A DNA stretch of 64,000 nucleotides from an uncultured Clostridiaceae bacterium (GTDB taxonomy: Bacteria > Bacillota > Clostridia > DUPQ01): NCBI GenBank assembly GCA_964563155.1, contig CAZLVL010000009.1, forward strand, positions 32,206 to 96,205, written 5' to 3'. This document shows, in pieces, positions 30,608 to 44,173 of the stretch. The position numbers and the translations under genes are program-made. The notes under the pieces are model-generated. The model was not told the DNA's origin and did not search any database. It saw only the letters and a list, made by a program, of their open reading frames with translations. Within the stretch, counting starts at the first letter, position 1. Every line of letters begins with the position of its first letter.

Positions 30608-30697
30608 TACAAATATATTAATAAATCGTGTAATGTGTCAGAAAATGTATAGTATCTATTGATACATTCAAACACATGCTAATGAAGGGAAGTTAAA

Positions 30698-31963
30698 ATG
30701 CTGGATATTAATAAGATAAGAAATAATCAAAAGGCAATGGAAGAAGCCCTCTTGAAAAAGAACTTTGAAGTAGATTTTACTCAAGTTTTAGAGTGGGATA
30801 CATTAAGAAGAGAAAAAATATTCAATGTGGAACAAATGAAGGCTAAAAGAAACAAGGTTTCTGATGATGTTCCCAGACTTAAAAAAGAAGGTCAGGATGT
30901 TTCTACTCTCATAGCTGAGATGAAGGAATTATCTTTAGAAATATCTGAATATGAAAAAGATATTAGACAAATAGAAGAAGACATAAAGAATTTTATGGAC
31001 CTTATTCCCAATGTTCCTGCTGATGATGTTATAGCTGGTGATGCTTCCTTTAATCAACCTATAAGGTATTTTGGTACAAAACCTGAATTTGCTTTTAAAC
31101 CTAAAGATCATGTAGATTTATGTGAAAAATTAGAACTCATAGATTACAAAAGAGGAGTTAAACTAGGTGGAAGTGGCCATTGGATATACAAAAAAGATGG
31201 AGCCTTACTAGAATGGGCACTACTAAACTATTTTGTGGAAGAACATATTAAAGATGGATATGAGTTTTTACTACCACCTCACATTCTAAATTATGAGTGT
31301 GGATATACAGCAGGGCAATTCCCAAAATTTACTGAGGATGTCTTTAGATTTGAAGAAGAAAATCAGTTTTTATTGCCTACAGCTGAAACAGCCCTAATAA
31401 ATGTGCATAGAAATGAAGTGCTAAAAGAAGAAGAATTGCCTAAAAAGTATTTTGCCTATACTCCTTGCTATAGAAAAGAAGCTGGTAGCTACAGAGCTGA
31501 AGAAAGAGGCATGATTAGAGGACATCAATTTAATAAGGTGGAGATGTTCCAATATACAAGACCTGAAGATAGTGAACAAGCCTTATTAGAATTAGTAGAA
31601 AAGGCTGAAAGGCTTATGGATGGATTGGGTCTTCATTTTAGGACAAGTAAACTAGCTGCTGCAGATTGCTCTTTTGCCATGGGAAAAACCTATGACATTG
31701 AAGTATGGATTCCCAGCATGGGAATTTACAAAGAGGTGAGTTCAGCTTCAAATGCTTACGACTTCCAAGCAATCAGAGGAGCTATGAGATTTAAAAGAAG
31801 TGAAAGTGGCAAAAATGAATATATGCATACCTTAAATGCTTCTGGTCTTGCAACAAGCAGGGTATTTCCTGCAATTGTTGAGCAATTCCAAAATGCAGAT
31901 GGTTCTGTAACTGTACCAGAGGTTTTAAGAAAATGGGTAGGTAAGGATAAGATAAGTATATAA
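30698..31963 (+). CDS. serS: Serine--tRNA ligase
   Basis: Coiled-coil N-arm, class II motif 2 (YRAEERGMIRGHQFNKVE), motif 3 (ASGLATSRVFPAI). Confidence 0.96.
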   Translation: MLDINKIRNNQKAMEEALLKKNFEVDFTQVLEWDTLRREKIFNVEQMKAKRNKVSDDVPRLKKEGQDVSTLIAEMKELSLEISEYEKDIRQIEEDIKNFMDLIPNVPADDVIAGDASFNQPIRYFGTKPEFAFKPKDHVDLCEKLELIDYKRGVKLGGSGHWIYKKDGALLEWALLNYFVEEHIKDGYEFLLPPHILNYECGYTAGQFPKFTEDVFRFEEENQFLLPTAETALINVHRNEVLKEEELPKKYFAYTPCYRKEAGSYRAEERGMIRGHQFNKVEMFQYTRPEDSEQALLELVEKAERLMDGLGLHFRTSKLAAADCSFAMGKTYDIEVWIPSMGIYKEVSSASNAYDFQAIRGAMRFKRSESGKNEYMHTLNASGLATSRVFPAIVEQFQNADGSVTVPEVLRKWVGKDKISI

Positions 31964-33210
31964 TGTTGTACTACAGTGAAAGTGTTAATTTTTTTATGGG
32001 ACATCTGCCATCTAAGCTTTTAGAAGACTATGGCTCTCCCTTATATGTATATAATGAATCAATTTTAAGATCTCAGGCTAGGAAGATTAAAAATTTTGTT
32101 GGTCTTAATAATTTTACCGTCTCTTATTCTGTAAAGGCAAATACTAATCTTTTTCTTTTAAAAATTTTAAGAGAAGAAGGCTTGCATGCAGATGCCATGA
32201 GTATAGGAGAAATATTTGTATTAGAAAAAGCTGGCTACAAGCCAGAAGAGATCTTTTTTGTTTGCAATAATGTATCTGCTAAAGAGATGAAGTATGCAGT
32301 GGATAGAAAGATTATGGTAAGTGTAGATTCACTTTCTCAACTGATTCTATATGGAAAAAATTTTCCTAATACTAAGGTTGCTGTTAGATTAAATCCAGGC
32401 ATTGGAGCAGGTCATCATCAAAAGGTAGTTACTGGTGGAAAAACTACTAAATTTGGTATAAATATTGAAAAAATCCAAGAGATTTTGGACATTGCTAAAA
32501 AATATAATTTAAGGATTGTAGGTATAAACCAACATATTGGCTCTTTGTTTATGTCAAGTACAGAATACTTAAGAGGGGCAAGAGAAATGCTGGAAACCTC
32601 CTTACATTTTAAAGACCTAGAGTTTATTGACTTTGGAGGAGGCTTTGGTATTCCATACAATAAGCAAGAAGGTCAAAAGCCTCTTGATTTAGATGCCCTT
32701 GGCCTAAAACTTAGAGAACTTTTAGAAGACTGGCAAAAGACCCATAAGCAGAGTTTAGAGTTTAAATCAGAGCCAGGTCGTTTTGTTGTAGCAGAAGCTG
32801 GAGTATTATTGGGAACGGTTCATGCTAAAAAAGAAAATTACAGAAAAATATTTGTAGGTACTGATTTAGGTTTTTCAGTGCTAATTAGACCTACCCTTTA
32901 TGGATCTCATCATGATATTGAAGTATACAGAAATGACTTGATTGTTAAAGATGAAGAGAGAAAACCAGTAAATATTACTGGGAATATCTGTGAAAGTGGG
33001 GATATTCTAGCTGAAGAAAGAATGCTACCAATAATTAAAGAAAATGATATTCTAGCCATTATGGATGTAGGGGCTTATGGGTATTCTATGAGTTCAAATT
33101 ACAACAATAGGCTAAAGCCAGCAGAAATCTTATTAAAAGAAGATGGAAGTATTGCAATAATCAGGAAAAAACAAGAGCTAGAAGACCTTCTAACAGAATT
33201 TTTGGTATAA
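31963..33210 (+). CDS. lysA: Diaminopimelate decarboxylase
   Basis: PLP lysine YSVKAN, DFGGGFGI and CESGD motifs. The ATG overlaps the serS stop (TAATG). Confidence 0.93.
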   Translation: MLYYSESVNFFMGHLPSKLLEDYGSPLYVYNESILRSQARKIKNFVGLNNFTVSYSVKANTNLFLLKILREEGLHADAMSIGEIFVLEKAGYKPEEIFFVCNNVSAKEMKYAVDRKIMVSVDSLSQLILYGKNFPNTKVAVRLNPGIGAGHHQKVVTGGKTTKFGINIEKIQEILDIAKKYNLRIVGINQHIGSLFMSSTEYLRGAREMLETSLHFKDLEFIDFGGGFGIPYNKQEGQKPLDLDALGLKLRELLEDWQKTHKQSLEFKSEPGRFVVAEAGVLLGTVHAKKENYRKIFVGTDLGFSVLIRPTLYGSHHDIEVYRNDLIVKDEERKPVNITGNICESGDILAEERMLPIIKENDILAIMDVGAYGYSMSSNYNNRLKPAEILLKEDGSIAIIRKKQELEDLLTEFLV

Positions 33211-33257
33211 TGGATATAATAAATTAATTTTAAAAATATTGTGTAAAGGTATACCAA

Positions 33258-34556
33258 ATGAATATCTTAATTAAAAATGCAGATGTACTTACAATGGATC
33301 CTGATAACATGCTAGTTTTGAATCAGGTTATATGTATTGAACAAGGCCACATTACCTTTATAGGTGATGAAGAGCCTTTGTTTTTTATACCTCAAAAAAT
33401 AATTGATGCTAGAGATAAAATCATTATGCCAGGCTTAATTAATTCTCATACCCACTGTGCTATGACCTTAATGAGAAATAGGTCCAATGATCTTCCTCTT
33501 GAAACCTGGTTAGAAGAGGCGATTTTCCCAGTAGAAGCCAAATTAAATCCCGACCATGTATATAAAGGGGCTATGCTGGGTATAGCAGAAATGATAAAGG
33601 GGGGAACAACCTCCTATTTAGATATGTACTATTTACATGAAGCATCAGTGGAAGCCATAAAAGAAACAGGTATAAGGGCTAATTTATCCTATGGGGTTTC
33701 TACCTCATCAAAGGTAAAAGAATTAGGTAAAGTAGGTGCCTATAAGTACTGTAAAGACTTTCTTTTAGAAAAAAGAGGCCTCTTTGGTAATAGACTTAAC
33801 ACATCCATAGAAGTTCACTCTGTCTACTTGGTAGATTATGAGGAGTTGGCCCTTTCTGCAAAATTGGCTAAAGAAACCAATTCAATTATTCATATTCATC
33901 TTCATGAAACACAAAATGAGGTAGAAAACTGCATCAAAAGATATGGTAAAACCCCACTTCAAGTATGTGAAGAAGTAGGGCTTTTGGAAAATAGGGTAAC
34001 AGCTGCCCACACAGTCCATGTAAATGACGAAGATATGCAGCTTATGAGAGATAGAGGTGTTGTACCTGTTCATAATCCTTCTAGTAATATGTTTTTAGGT
34101 TCTGGTTTTGCAAATATACCAAAAATGTTGGAAATTGGTATAAAGCCAGCCCTTGGTACCGACGGAGCTGCCAGTAACAACACCTTAAACATGTTTAAAG
34201 AGATGCATTTAGCAGCCCTAATACACAAGGGCTATAACTTTAATAGTTCAGCAATTAAGGCTTTAGACGTGCTCAAAATGGCTACAGCCAATGGAGCCTT
34301 AGCTTTAGGCTTTGATAAAATTGGAGTATTAAAGAAAAATATGGAAGCAGACCTTATCATGATAAAAAAAGATTCATTAAACATGACCCCTTATCACGAC
34401 CCCATATCTGCTTTAGTCTACAGTGCATCTGCTTGTGATGTTGATACAGTTATGGTTAAGGGTAAGTTATTAATGAAAGATAGGGAGCTTCTAACCATAG
34501 ACGAAGAAAAGGTTAAATTTGAAGCCAGTAAAGTCTCTAGAGACTTGTATACATAA
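33258..34556 (+). CDS. Amidohydrolase, MtaD-like (5-methylthioadenosine/S-adenosylhomocysteine deaminase family)
   Basis: PGLINSHTHCAMT metal-binding HxH, HLHET and GTDGAASNN motifs, 432 aa. Confidence 0.8.
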   Translation: MNILIKNADVLTMDPDNMLVLNQVICIEQGHITFIGDEEPLFFIPQKIIDARDKIIMPGLINSHTHCAMTLMRNRSNDLPLETWLEEAIFPVEAKLNPDHVYKGAMLGIAEMIKGGTTSYLDMYYLHEASVEAIKETGIRANLSYGVSTSSKVKELGKVGAYKYCKDFLLEKRGLFGNRLNTSIEVHSVYLVDYEELALSAKLAKETNSIIHIHLHETQNEVENCIKRYGKTPLQVCEEVGLLENRVTAAHTVHVNDEDMQLMRDRGVVPVHNPSSNMFLGSGFANIPKMLEIGIKPALGTDGAASNNTLNMFKEMHLAALIHKGYNFNSSAIKALDVLKMATANGALALGFDKIGVLKKNMEADLIMIKKDSLNMTPYHDPISALVYSASACDVDTVMVKGKLLMKDRELLTIDEEKVKFEASKVSRDLYT

Positions 34557-34646
34557 CTTGTAATGCTTGGCAGTTTAATTAAAGACGACTTTTAAAATAT
34601 ATAATATTTATCTTGCTTTTTTAGAATCAAAGGAGTAAATTGAAAA

Positions 34647-34675
34647 GTGGAAGTATTTTTCTTCCACATTTTTTT
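34647..34675 (+). terminator. Rho-independent terminator
   Basis: gtggaag (34647-34653) pairs with cttccac (34661-34667). Followed by a T7 run. Confidence 0.7.
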
Positions 34676-34778
34676 ACGAGAGAAGGGATTTTGTGAAAAG
34701 CAATTTTATGAACATAAATTTAAGAAATAGGCTCTTTTTAAATGACCAAAAAACTAAAGAAAGGCTAGTTATTTAGTT

Positions 34779-35984
34779 ATGGATATATTATTAAGTTTGA
34801 CTTTAGTAATGGCTTTAGGTCTTTTGATGACAAGGTTAGTAAAACCTTTAGGCTTACCCAATGTAACTGGTTATATAGTAGCTGGTTTATTAGCAGGACC
34901 CTTTTGTTTTAAGTTTATAACAGAAGAATCTCTTGAGGCCTTTTCAATAATAACTACAGTGGCTCTAGGTTTTGTGGCTTTTTCCATAGGTGGTGAATTT
35001 AAACTTGATTACTTAAAAAGATTAGGTAAAAAAGTTCTGATTATAACTTTTGTACAAGCAATAATGACAGTAATAGTAGTAGATTTGGTCCTAATTATAG
35101 TTGGCCTATTTGTACCAGGCTTTGATTTACCCTTGGTTCTACTTTTAGGTGCCATTGCTACAGCCACAGCACCAGCAGCTACTTTAATGGTGGTTAGACA
35201 ATACAAAGCAAGAGGCATTGTAACAGAAACTTTATTGCCAGTGGTAGCAGGAGACGATGCCATTGGCCTAATTATATTTTCCTTATCTTTAGCTATAGCA
35301 AAGGCTTTAACTTCAAATCAGGGAATAACCATAAAAACAGCCCTTTTAATGCCCCTATGGGAAATATTCATGTCTTTATTAATAGGTGGCCTTATAGGTT
35401 ATGTATTGGCTTTATCTATGAAAGTTTTTAAATCAAGGGCTAATCGTATTAGCTTAATTATAACTGTGGTAATTGGGGGAGTAGCACTAAGTAATTTATT
35501 AAACCTATCTGCTCTTTTGACCTGTATGACAATTGGAGCTGTTTATGCAAATCTATTTAGAGATTTGCATAGGGTCTTGGAAGTTTATGACAGGTGGACA
35601 CCTCCTTTATACCTACTATTCTTTGTAATATCTGGTGCAGAATTGGATGTAAGAATGATTGTTTCAGTAGGTCTTTTAGGTGCTTTGTATCTAATATCTC
35701 GGGCTATTGGCAAATATTTTGGTGCATATCTAGGAGCTCATCTAGCAAATGCTGATGAAAATGTAAAAAAATATTTAGGATTAGCTCTTTTGCCTCAAGC
35801 AGGGGTAGCTATAGGTATGTCTCAAATAGTAATGGCTCAATTACCTGAATATGGTGGACCAGTTAGAACGGTAGTGCTTTGTGCGACCTTAATTCTTGAA
35901 TTGGTAGGTCCTTTATTAGCTAAGGTGGCCTTAAGTAAATCTGGTGAGATTCATAAGGATGAGTTTGTAAAAAGAGAGGCCTAG
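34779..35984 (+). CDS. Cation:proton antiporter (CPA2-like Na+/H+ or K+/H+ exchanger)
   Basis: 401 aa, about 11-12 hydrophobic helices, N-terminus LGLPNVTGYIVAGLLAGP typical of the Kef/NapA-type family. Confidence 0.8.
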   Translation: MDILLSLTLVMALGLLMTRLVKPLGLPNVTGYIVAGLLAGPFCFKFITEESLEAFSIITTVALGFVAFSIGGEFKLDYLKRLGKKVLIITFVQAIMTVIVVDLVLIIVGLFVPGFDLPLVLLLGAIATATAPAATLMVVRQYKARGIVTETLLPVVAGDDAIGLIIFSLSLAIAKALTSNQGITIKTALLMPLWEIFMSLLIGGLIGYVLALSMKVFKSRANRISLIITVVIGGVALSNLLNLSALLTCMTIGAVYANLFRDLHRVLEVYDRWTPPLYLLFFVISGAELDVRMIVSVGLLGALYLISRAIGKYFGAYLGAHLANADENVKKYLGLALLPQAGVAIGMSQIVMAQLPEYGGPVRTVVLCATLILELVGPLLAKVALSKSGEIHKDEFVKREA

Positions 35985-36042
35985 CATAAAGACCATATAG
36001 TTTATTTCATATGTCTATGTTAAAATCAAATGGGTGATTAAA

Positions 36043-37074
36043 ATGCAATATGAAATAATTAAAAAGCAAGCTCTGCTAAATGAAAAGGGACAACTTAATG
36101 AAGCTGGTTATGCAAAAGACCTAATATTAACCTATGATAGACAAAAGATTAAAGCCAATCCTTTAAGAATAAAAGAGTGGGACTATTATCTAATAGGGAA
36201 TAATAAATATGCTCTAGCCTTAACCATTGCAGATAATTCATATATGGGTCTAGATTCTCTTTCTTTCATGGATTTTGATAAAAAATGGTCTCATACCAAA
36301 TCCTATATGGCCTTTATGACTAAAGGCAAGAAGAATATGCCCTCTACATCTGCCTTTGGAAACACTGTTAGTTTTGGTAAAAACTACTCTCTTTCTTTTA
36401 TGGCTGATAAAGATAAAAGGGTGCTTAAAGCGGAATTTAAAGACTTTATGGATAAAATCCCTCTTACAGCCTACATAATTCTAGACAATGATAAAAAAGA
36501 CTCCATTGTAAAGGTTACTCCTTTTTTAAAGGATCCCTTAGCCTTTTATTACAATCAAAAGATAAATTGCTTAAAAGCTGAAGGCTATGTGGACTTTAAT
36601 GGAGTAAGATATGATTTTAAAAAAGAAGATTCAATGGCAGTTCTAGACTGGGGTAGAGGAGTCTGGACCTACAAAAATACCTGGTATTGGGGCTCAGCTT
36701 CAGGTTATGTGAACAAGGAGCCTTTTGGATTTAATATTGGCTATGGCTTTGGTGATAACTCTAAGGCTAGCGAAAATATGATCTTTTACAAGGATAAGGG
36801 CCATAAAATTGAGGATATTACTTTTGAAATACCCATGAAGGATAATAAAGAGGACTTCTTATCTCCATGGAATATTAAAAGCTCAGACAAACGATTGGAT
36901 ATGAAGTTTTATCCCATTTTAAATAGAAGTGCCAGCGATTCAGCTGTAATTATTAAAAGCCAACAAAACCAAGTATTTGGGCGTTTTGAAGGAGAGGCAG
37001 TTTTGGATAATAGTGAGCGAATAAAATTCAAAGACTTGGTAGGCTTTGCTGAAAAAGTTTTTAATAAATGGTAG
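36043..37074 (+). CDS. DUF2804-like protein of unknown function
   Basis: About 343 aa soluble protein (KEWDYYLI..., WGRGVWTYKNTWYWGSASG), recalled as DUF2804. ATG 36043 preferred over GTG 36034. Confidence 0.5.
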   Translation: MQYEIIKKQALLNEKGQLNEAGYAKDLILTYDRQKIKANPLRIKEWDYYLIGNNKYALALTIADNSYMGLDSLSFMDFDKKWSHTKSYMAFMTKGKKNMPSTSAFGNTVSFGKNYSLSFMADKDKRVLKAEFKDFMDKIPLTAYIILDNDKKDSIVKVTPFLKDPLAFYYNQKINCLKAEGYVDFNGVRYDFKKEDSMAVLDWGRGVWTYKNTWYWGSASGYVNKEPFGFNIGYGFGDNSKASENMIFYKDKGHKIEDITFEIPMKDNKEDFLSPWNIKSSDKRLDMKFYPILNRSASDSAVIIKSQQNQVFGRFEGEAVLDNSERIKFKDLVGFAEKVFNKW

Positions 37075-37097
37075 AATATACAAAACAGGAGGGATTT

Positions 37098-38366
37098 ATG
37101 TACAGTATTGAAAAAGCATATAAGCAAGCAAAAGAGTATTATAAGCAATATGGTATTAATACAGATAAAATTATCAAAATGTGTGACCGCGTACCCATTT
37201 CTATCCACTGCTGGCAAGGGGATGATGTAGGTGGTTTTGAAAAAAGTGCTAGTGACTTATCTGGTGGTATACAAGTAACTGGAAACTATCCAGGAAAAGC
37301 AACTTCTGCCAAAGAATTAAGAGATGATTTAGACTTTACAATGAAGTATGTACCTGGAACAAAAAGAGTAAACCTTCATGCCAATTATCAAGAAGCTGAT
37401 TCTTTTGTAGACAGAGATGCAATAGGACCAGAACATTTTTCCAAATGGGCCGACTGGGCTGTAGAAAAGGGTATTGGCCTAGATTTTAATCCAACATATT
37501 TTTCACATCCTTTGAGTGAAAATGGAACTCTTTCCAATGCAGATGAAAAGATTAGAGAGTTTTGGATAAAACATGGTATTGCAACTAGAAGAATAGGTGA
37601 ATATTTTTATGAAAGAACAGGAAAACCTTGTTTCATAAACCACTGGACACCTGATGGTGCTAAAGAAACACCTCATGATAGCTTATCTCCCAGATTGAGA
37701 CTTAAAGATTCTTATGACCAAATATTTGAAGCTACGAAGGATATTAAAGGAGTAGTAGATGGAATTGAAAGTAAATTATTTGGAATAGGTTTAGAAAGCT
37801 ACACAGTAGGAAGCTTTGAGTTTTGTATTGGCTATGTAATGGATAAGAAAAAGAATCACATAATTCTTACTCTAGATACTGGCCACTTCCATCCAACAGA
37901 AATGGTTTCAGCAAAACTATCTGCAGTGTTTACCTTTAAAAAGCAATTAGCCCTTCATGTAAGTAGACCTGTTAGATGGGATTCTGACCATGTAGTAGCT
38001 TTTGATGATGAAACTAAGACAATTTTTGAAGAACTATATAAAATGAACAAGCTTGACCAAACATATATTGGAACAGACTATTTTGATGCTTCAATCAACC
38101 GTATAACCGCTTGGGTTACTGGTCAAAGAAATGCTAGAAAAGCCCTTCTATATGCTATGCTACAACCAATTGACATGTTAGATGAAGCAGAGAAAAAAGG
38201 TGATATTTCTTTCATGTTTGCAGCAAGAGAAGAATTCAAATCTGCACCCTTTGGAGCTGTTTGGGATTATTACTGTGAAAAAAATGGAGTAAAAACAGGA
38301 CTAGACTGGATAAGAGACATTCAAAAATATGAAGAAGAAGTTCTATCCAAGAGATCTTCCTATTAG
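37098..38366 (+). CDS. rhaA: L-rhamnose isomerase family protein
   Basis: VPISIHCWQGDDVGGFE matches the E. coli RhaA N-terminal region. ATG 37098 follows an AGGAGGG RBS. About 422 aa. Confidence 0.85.
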   Translation: MYSIEKAYKQAKEYYKQYGINTDKIIKMCDRVPISIHCWQGDDVGGFEKSASDLSGGIQVTGNYPGKATSAKELRDDLDFTMKYVPGTKRVNLHANYQEADSFVDRDAIGPEHFSKWADWAVEKGIGLDFNPTYFSHPLSENGTLSNADEKIREFWIKHGIATRRIGEYFYERTGKPCFINHWTPDGAKETPHDSLSPRLRLKDSYDQIFEATKDIKGVVDGIESKLFGIGLESYTVGSFEFCIGYVMDKKKNHIILTLDTGHFHPTEMVSAKLSAVFTFKKQLALHVSRPVRWDSDHVVAFDDETKTIFEELYKMNKLDQTYIGTDYFDASINRITAWVTGQRNARKALLYAMLQPIDMLDEAEKKGDISFMFAAREEFKSAPFGAVWDYYCEKNGVKTGLDWIRDIQKYEEEVLSKRSSY

Positions 38367-38410
38367 TTCCAATGATTAAAGTAAATGCATTAAATAAGAA
38401 GTGAGTTTTA

Positions 38411-39271
38411 ATGGGTGAGCACATGGGATTGACTATTATAGATACTTATCCTGAAATGATGTCACTCATTGAAAAGATGGGAGATACATTTCAAAAACCA
38501 GCATGGGAACAATATTTAGAAGATATTTCATCAGAACTACTTCTAAAGGTAACTAAAGATAGTAGTGATTATGACTATGAGAATGAAATTCTTCCTGTTA
38601 TGAATTTACTGCTTGGTCATATGGAAAAAATAGAGAAAGCTCACCAATCTTTTCTTACTATAATAGAGGATCTTGATATTAAGATTATGACAAAAACAGG
38701 TTCAGCTTTACAAGCTCAACTTGTTTTTTATATTGGATTATGTAATGGCGCAGGATGGGTTACAACCCTTGATGGAAAACCTACAGTGTTACTTGGTGTG
38801 GAGAAGATTATTGAGCTCAACTGGTATGATAAAGAAACTATGACTGCATTAATTTATCATGAGTTAGGACATGTTTGGCATAATTCTGTTGGTAGTCTAC
38901 AGAGTAAAACATCAACTATGGGTGAGAAGTATATTAAGCAATTGGTCAATGAAGGCATAGCCATGTACTTTGAACAACTTCTAATTGAAGACTTCAACTA
39001 CTATCATCAGAATGTAAATGGTTGGTTAGATTGGTGTATTGCCCACAAAGATGAGCTTGACCTTGAATTTTTGCGTCGATTAAAAACAAATAGCAGTGCA
39101 CAAGACTTTTTTGGGGACTGGCAAAAATATAAAGGACAATCAGATCTAGGTTATTTTATTGGCTGCAAGTTTGTCAAATGGATGTTAGAAAAAAAGCCAT
39201 TGAAAATGATTGCCAATATGGATACTGAGAATGCATATAAAGAGTTTCAAAAATATGTGGAAGAAAGATGA
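38411..39271 (+). CDS. Putative zinc metallopeptidase-like protein (HExxH, DUF2268-like)
   Basis: YHELGHVWH motif, 286 aa. Family assignment is from memory only. Confidence 0.45.
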   Translation: MGEHMGLTIIDTYPEMMSLIEKMGDTFQKPAWEQYLEDISSELLLKVTKDSSDYDYENEILPVMNLLLGHMEKIEKAHQSFLTIIEDLDIKIMTKTGSALQAQLVFYIGLCNGAGWVTTLDGKPTVLLGVEKIIELNWYDKETMTALIYHELGHVWHNSVGSLQSKTSTMGEKYIKQLVNEGIAMYFEQLLIEDFNYYHQNVNGWLDWCIAHKDELDLEFLRRLKTNSSAQDFFGDWQKYKGQSDLGYFIGCKFVKWMLEKKPLKMIANMDTENAYKEFQKYVEER

Positions 39272-39279
39272 TAAAGTTT

Positions 39280-39317
39280 GACCACACCAGAATTTGTATC
39301 TAGTGTGGTCTTATTTT
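39280..39317. terminator. Bidirectional intrinsic terminator between the convergent DUF2268-like gene and lacZ
   Basis: gaccacac (39280-39287) pairs with gtgtggtc (39303-39310). Followed by ttatttt. Confidence 0.7.
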
Positions 39318-39343
39318 GTTAATTTTTAAAAAATTCCTATTAT

Positions 39344-42517
<3,174 letters not shown>

Positions 42518-42535
42518 TTAAATTGGAGGCTTTAC

Positions 42536-44173
42536 ATGAAAAAAGTAAAAAGATTGCTGGCTATCATGATACTACTATCAGTTTTATCATCTTGCTATAA
42601 TGTACCCTTAAATAGCATTACACCGTCTCAAATGACTACAGAAACAGCTACTACATTACCAACTGAGACAAATGAAATACCTAGTCCCACAACTTCTCCT
42701 CTTGTTTCTCCTAGCCCTAGCCCTAGTCCGACAGTTGAACCTGAGCCTGAAAACATTAAACTTGATTTTTTGAATGATAAATTCGACAAGGTTGAGGTCT
42801 TTGTTGATGGTAATTATATGGATGTAAGCCATATATGGGAATCTTTCAAGCAGGTTATGGGAAAACCTGTATTTCGATACTTTAATGAATTAGATACTTT
42901 GAACAAAAAAGATCATATCCGCTTTACCAAAGATGGCATGGAGTTTTCACTTAGTGCTTTAGAAAGAACGAATTTTACTCCATATAGAGGTTCTGATTAT
43001 GGCACACTTAGCAGTGTAGGGGGAGGTGAACCATATAGCAGTTATTACATACCCAATATCTCTCTTTTTTATGACATGTTTTATCTTGGCTCTCATCAAG
43101 AAGATGATGAAAGGGGGCTTGTTTTACAGGAATATTTTAGTGGTGATGTATTTATGATGATGTATGACAGTGTAGCTCTAAAGTATGATGATTCATATAT
43201 ATGGACCCCCAAAAAGACCATCCCTATATACAATATTGCAAAGTATTTGGAAAGTTATATGGATAAAGAACCTGATAATATAGCCTTATATACAAATGTA
43301 AGAAACTACACATATATACATTCCATAAAAGCACATATTTCATTGGATATTTACGGTAAGGGTTTGCCAGATAAGGGAGTCTATGCCAATGTAAGGTATG
43401 GTGATAAGGATATATGGATGCTTCTTGATTGCTCTATAGATGATTTTGATGAGGAGCTTAGGCTAGATGATACATATAATGTACCTTCAGATGTACAACC
43501 TGAAAGAGATTATGAATGGTTCAAGGGATTTGAAAAGATAGAGCTTGTATATGGGGATATTCTTGTGGATGTGACTGAATACTGGTATAAAGAGCCTTTT
43601 TGTATGAAAATATGTGACTGGGAGACTTACTTAAGTGGACCTGCACTTTTAGTCCAATATGAATACAGGATGGCCAAGAATGATACTGTGATGACAATGG
43701 GCTTTTCTGACACATACGACTACTTTGTATCAGAAGGTGAAGGTCTATACTATTGCGACTTTCTTACAACATACAAAAATGCCTTCATAATGACAGAACA
43801 AGAAGCAGTAATTGAGAGTTTTCTAAACAGAACCCCATATCAGAAGATATTTCAATGTGCAGTTTTGGATATTCTTCAAGGCAATATGGATGACAGAACT
43901 ATACTAAAAGACCAAACAATAAAATTCTTTGCAGAATCAATAGCTTTAAAAATTGAGGAACAACTTGGCGGAAAGCCTGACATTGAACTTACAAAGAGAT
44001 CCGAAAGCACCTGCTATTACAAAGGGGAGGCCATATCAGTTGTTGCATGGGATATTCCAGATGATGGGTTTAATATTGGTTATGTGAATATAATAAGTGA
44101 CGATAGTGATATATGGTTAAGAATTCAGAATATTGGATTGTTGCTCAATTTCCTAGGTCTTGATTACTGGTAA
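42536..44173 (+). CDS. Orphan lipoprotein with Ser/Pro/Thr linker and two internally repeated modules
   Basis: Signal peptide plus lipobox LSSC, a linker of about 50 aa (…SPSPSPSPTVEPEPE), no recognisable catalytic motif. ATG 42536 follows a GGAGG RBS. Confidence 0.7.
   Translation: MKKVKRLLAIMILLSVLSSCYNVPLNSITPSQMTTETATTLPTETNEIPSPTTSPLVSPSPSPSPTVEPEPENIKLDFLNDKFDKVEVFVDGNYMDVSHIWESFKQVMGKPVFRYFNELDTLNKKDHIRFTKDGMEFSLSALERTNFTPYRGSDYGTLSSVGGGEPYSSYYIPNISLFYDMFYLGSHQEDDERGLVLQEYFSGDVFMMMYDSVALKYDDSYIWTPKKTIPIYNIAKYLESYMDKEPDNIALYTNVRNYTYIHSIKAHISLDIYGKGLPDKGVYANVRYGDKDIWMLLDCSIDDFDEELRLDDTYNVPSDVQPERDYEWFKGFEKIELVYGDILVDVTEYWYKEPFCMKICDWETYLSGPALLVQYEYRMAKNDTVMTMGFSDTYDYFVSEGEGLYYCDFLTTYKNAFIMTEQEAVIESFLNRTPYQKIFQCAVLDILQGNMDDRTILKDQTIKFFAESIALKIEEQLGGKPDIELTKRSESTCYYKGEAISVVAWDIPDDGFNIGYVNIISDDSDIWLRIQNIGLLLNFLGLDYW

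Noticed and set aside
34631-34690. Possible 17-codon mini-ORF (AGGAG + TTG, MKSGSIFLPHFFTREGIL) spanning the terminator hairpin
   Set aside because: It has a non-ATG start and is very short, and the sequence is fully explained by the terminator stem and T-run. There is no way to support coding from sequence alone.
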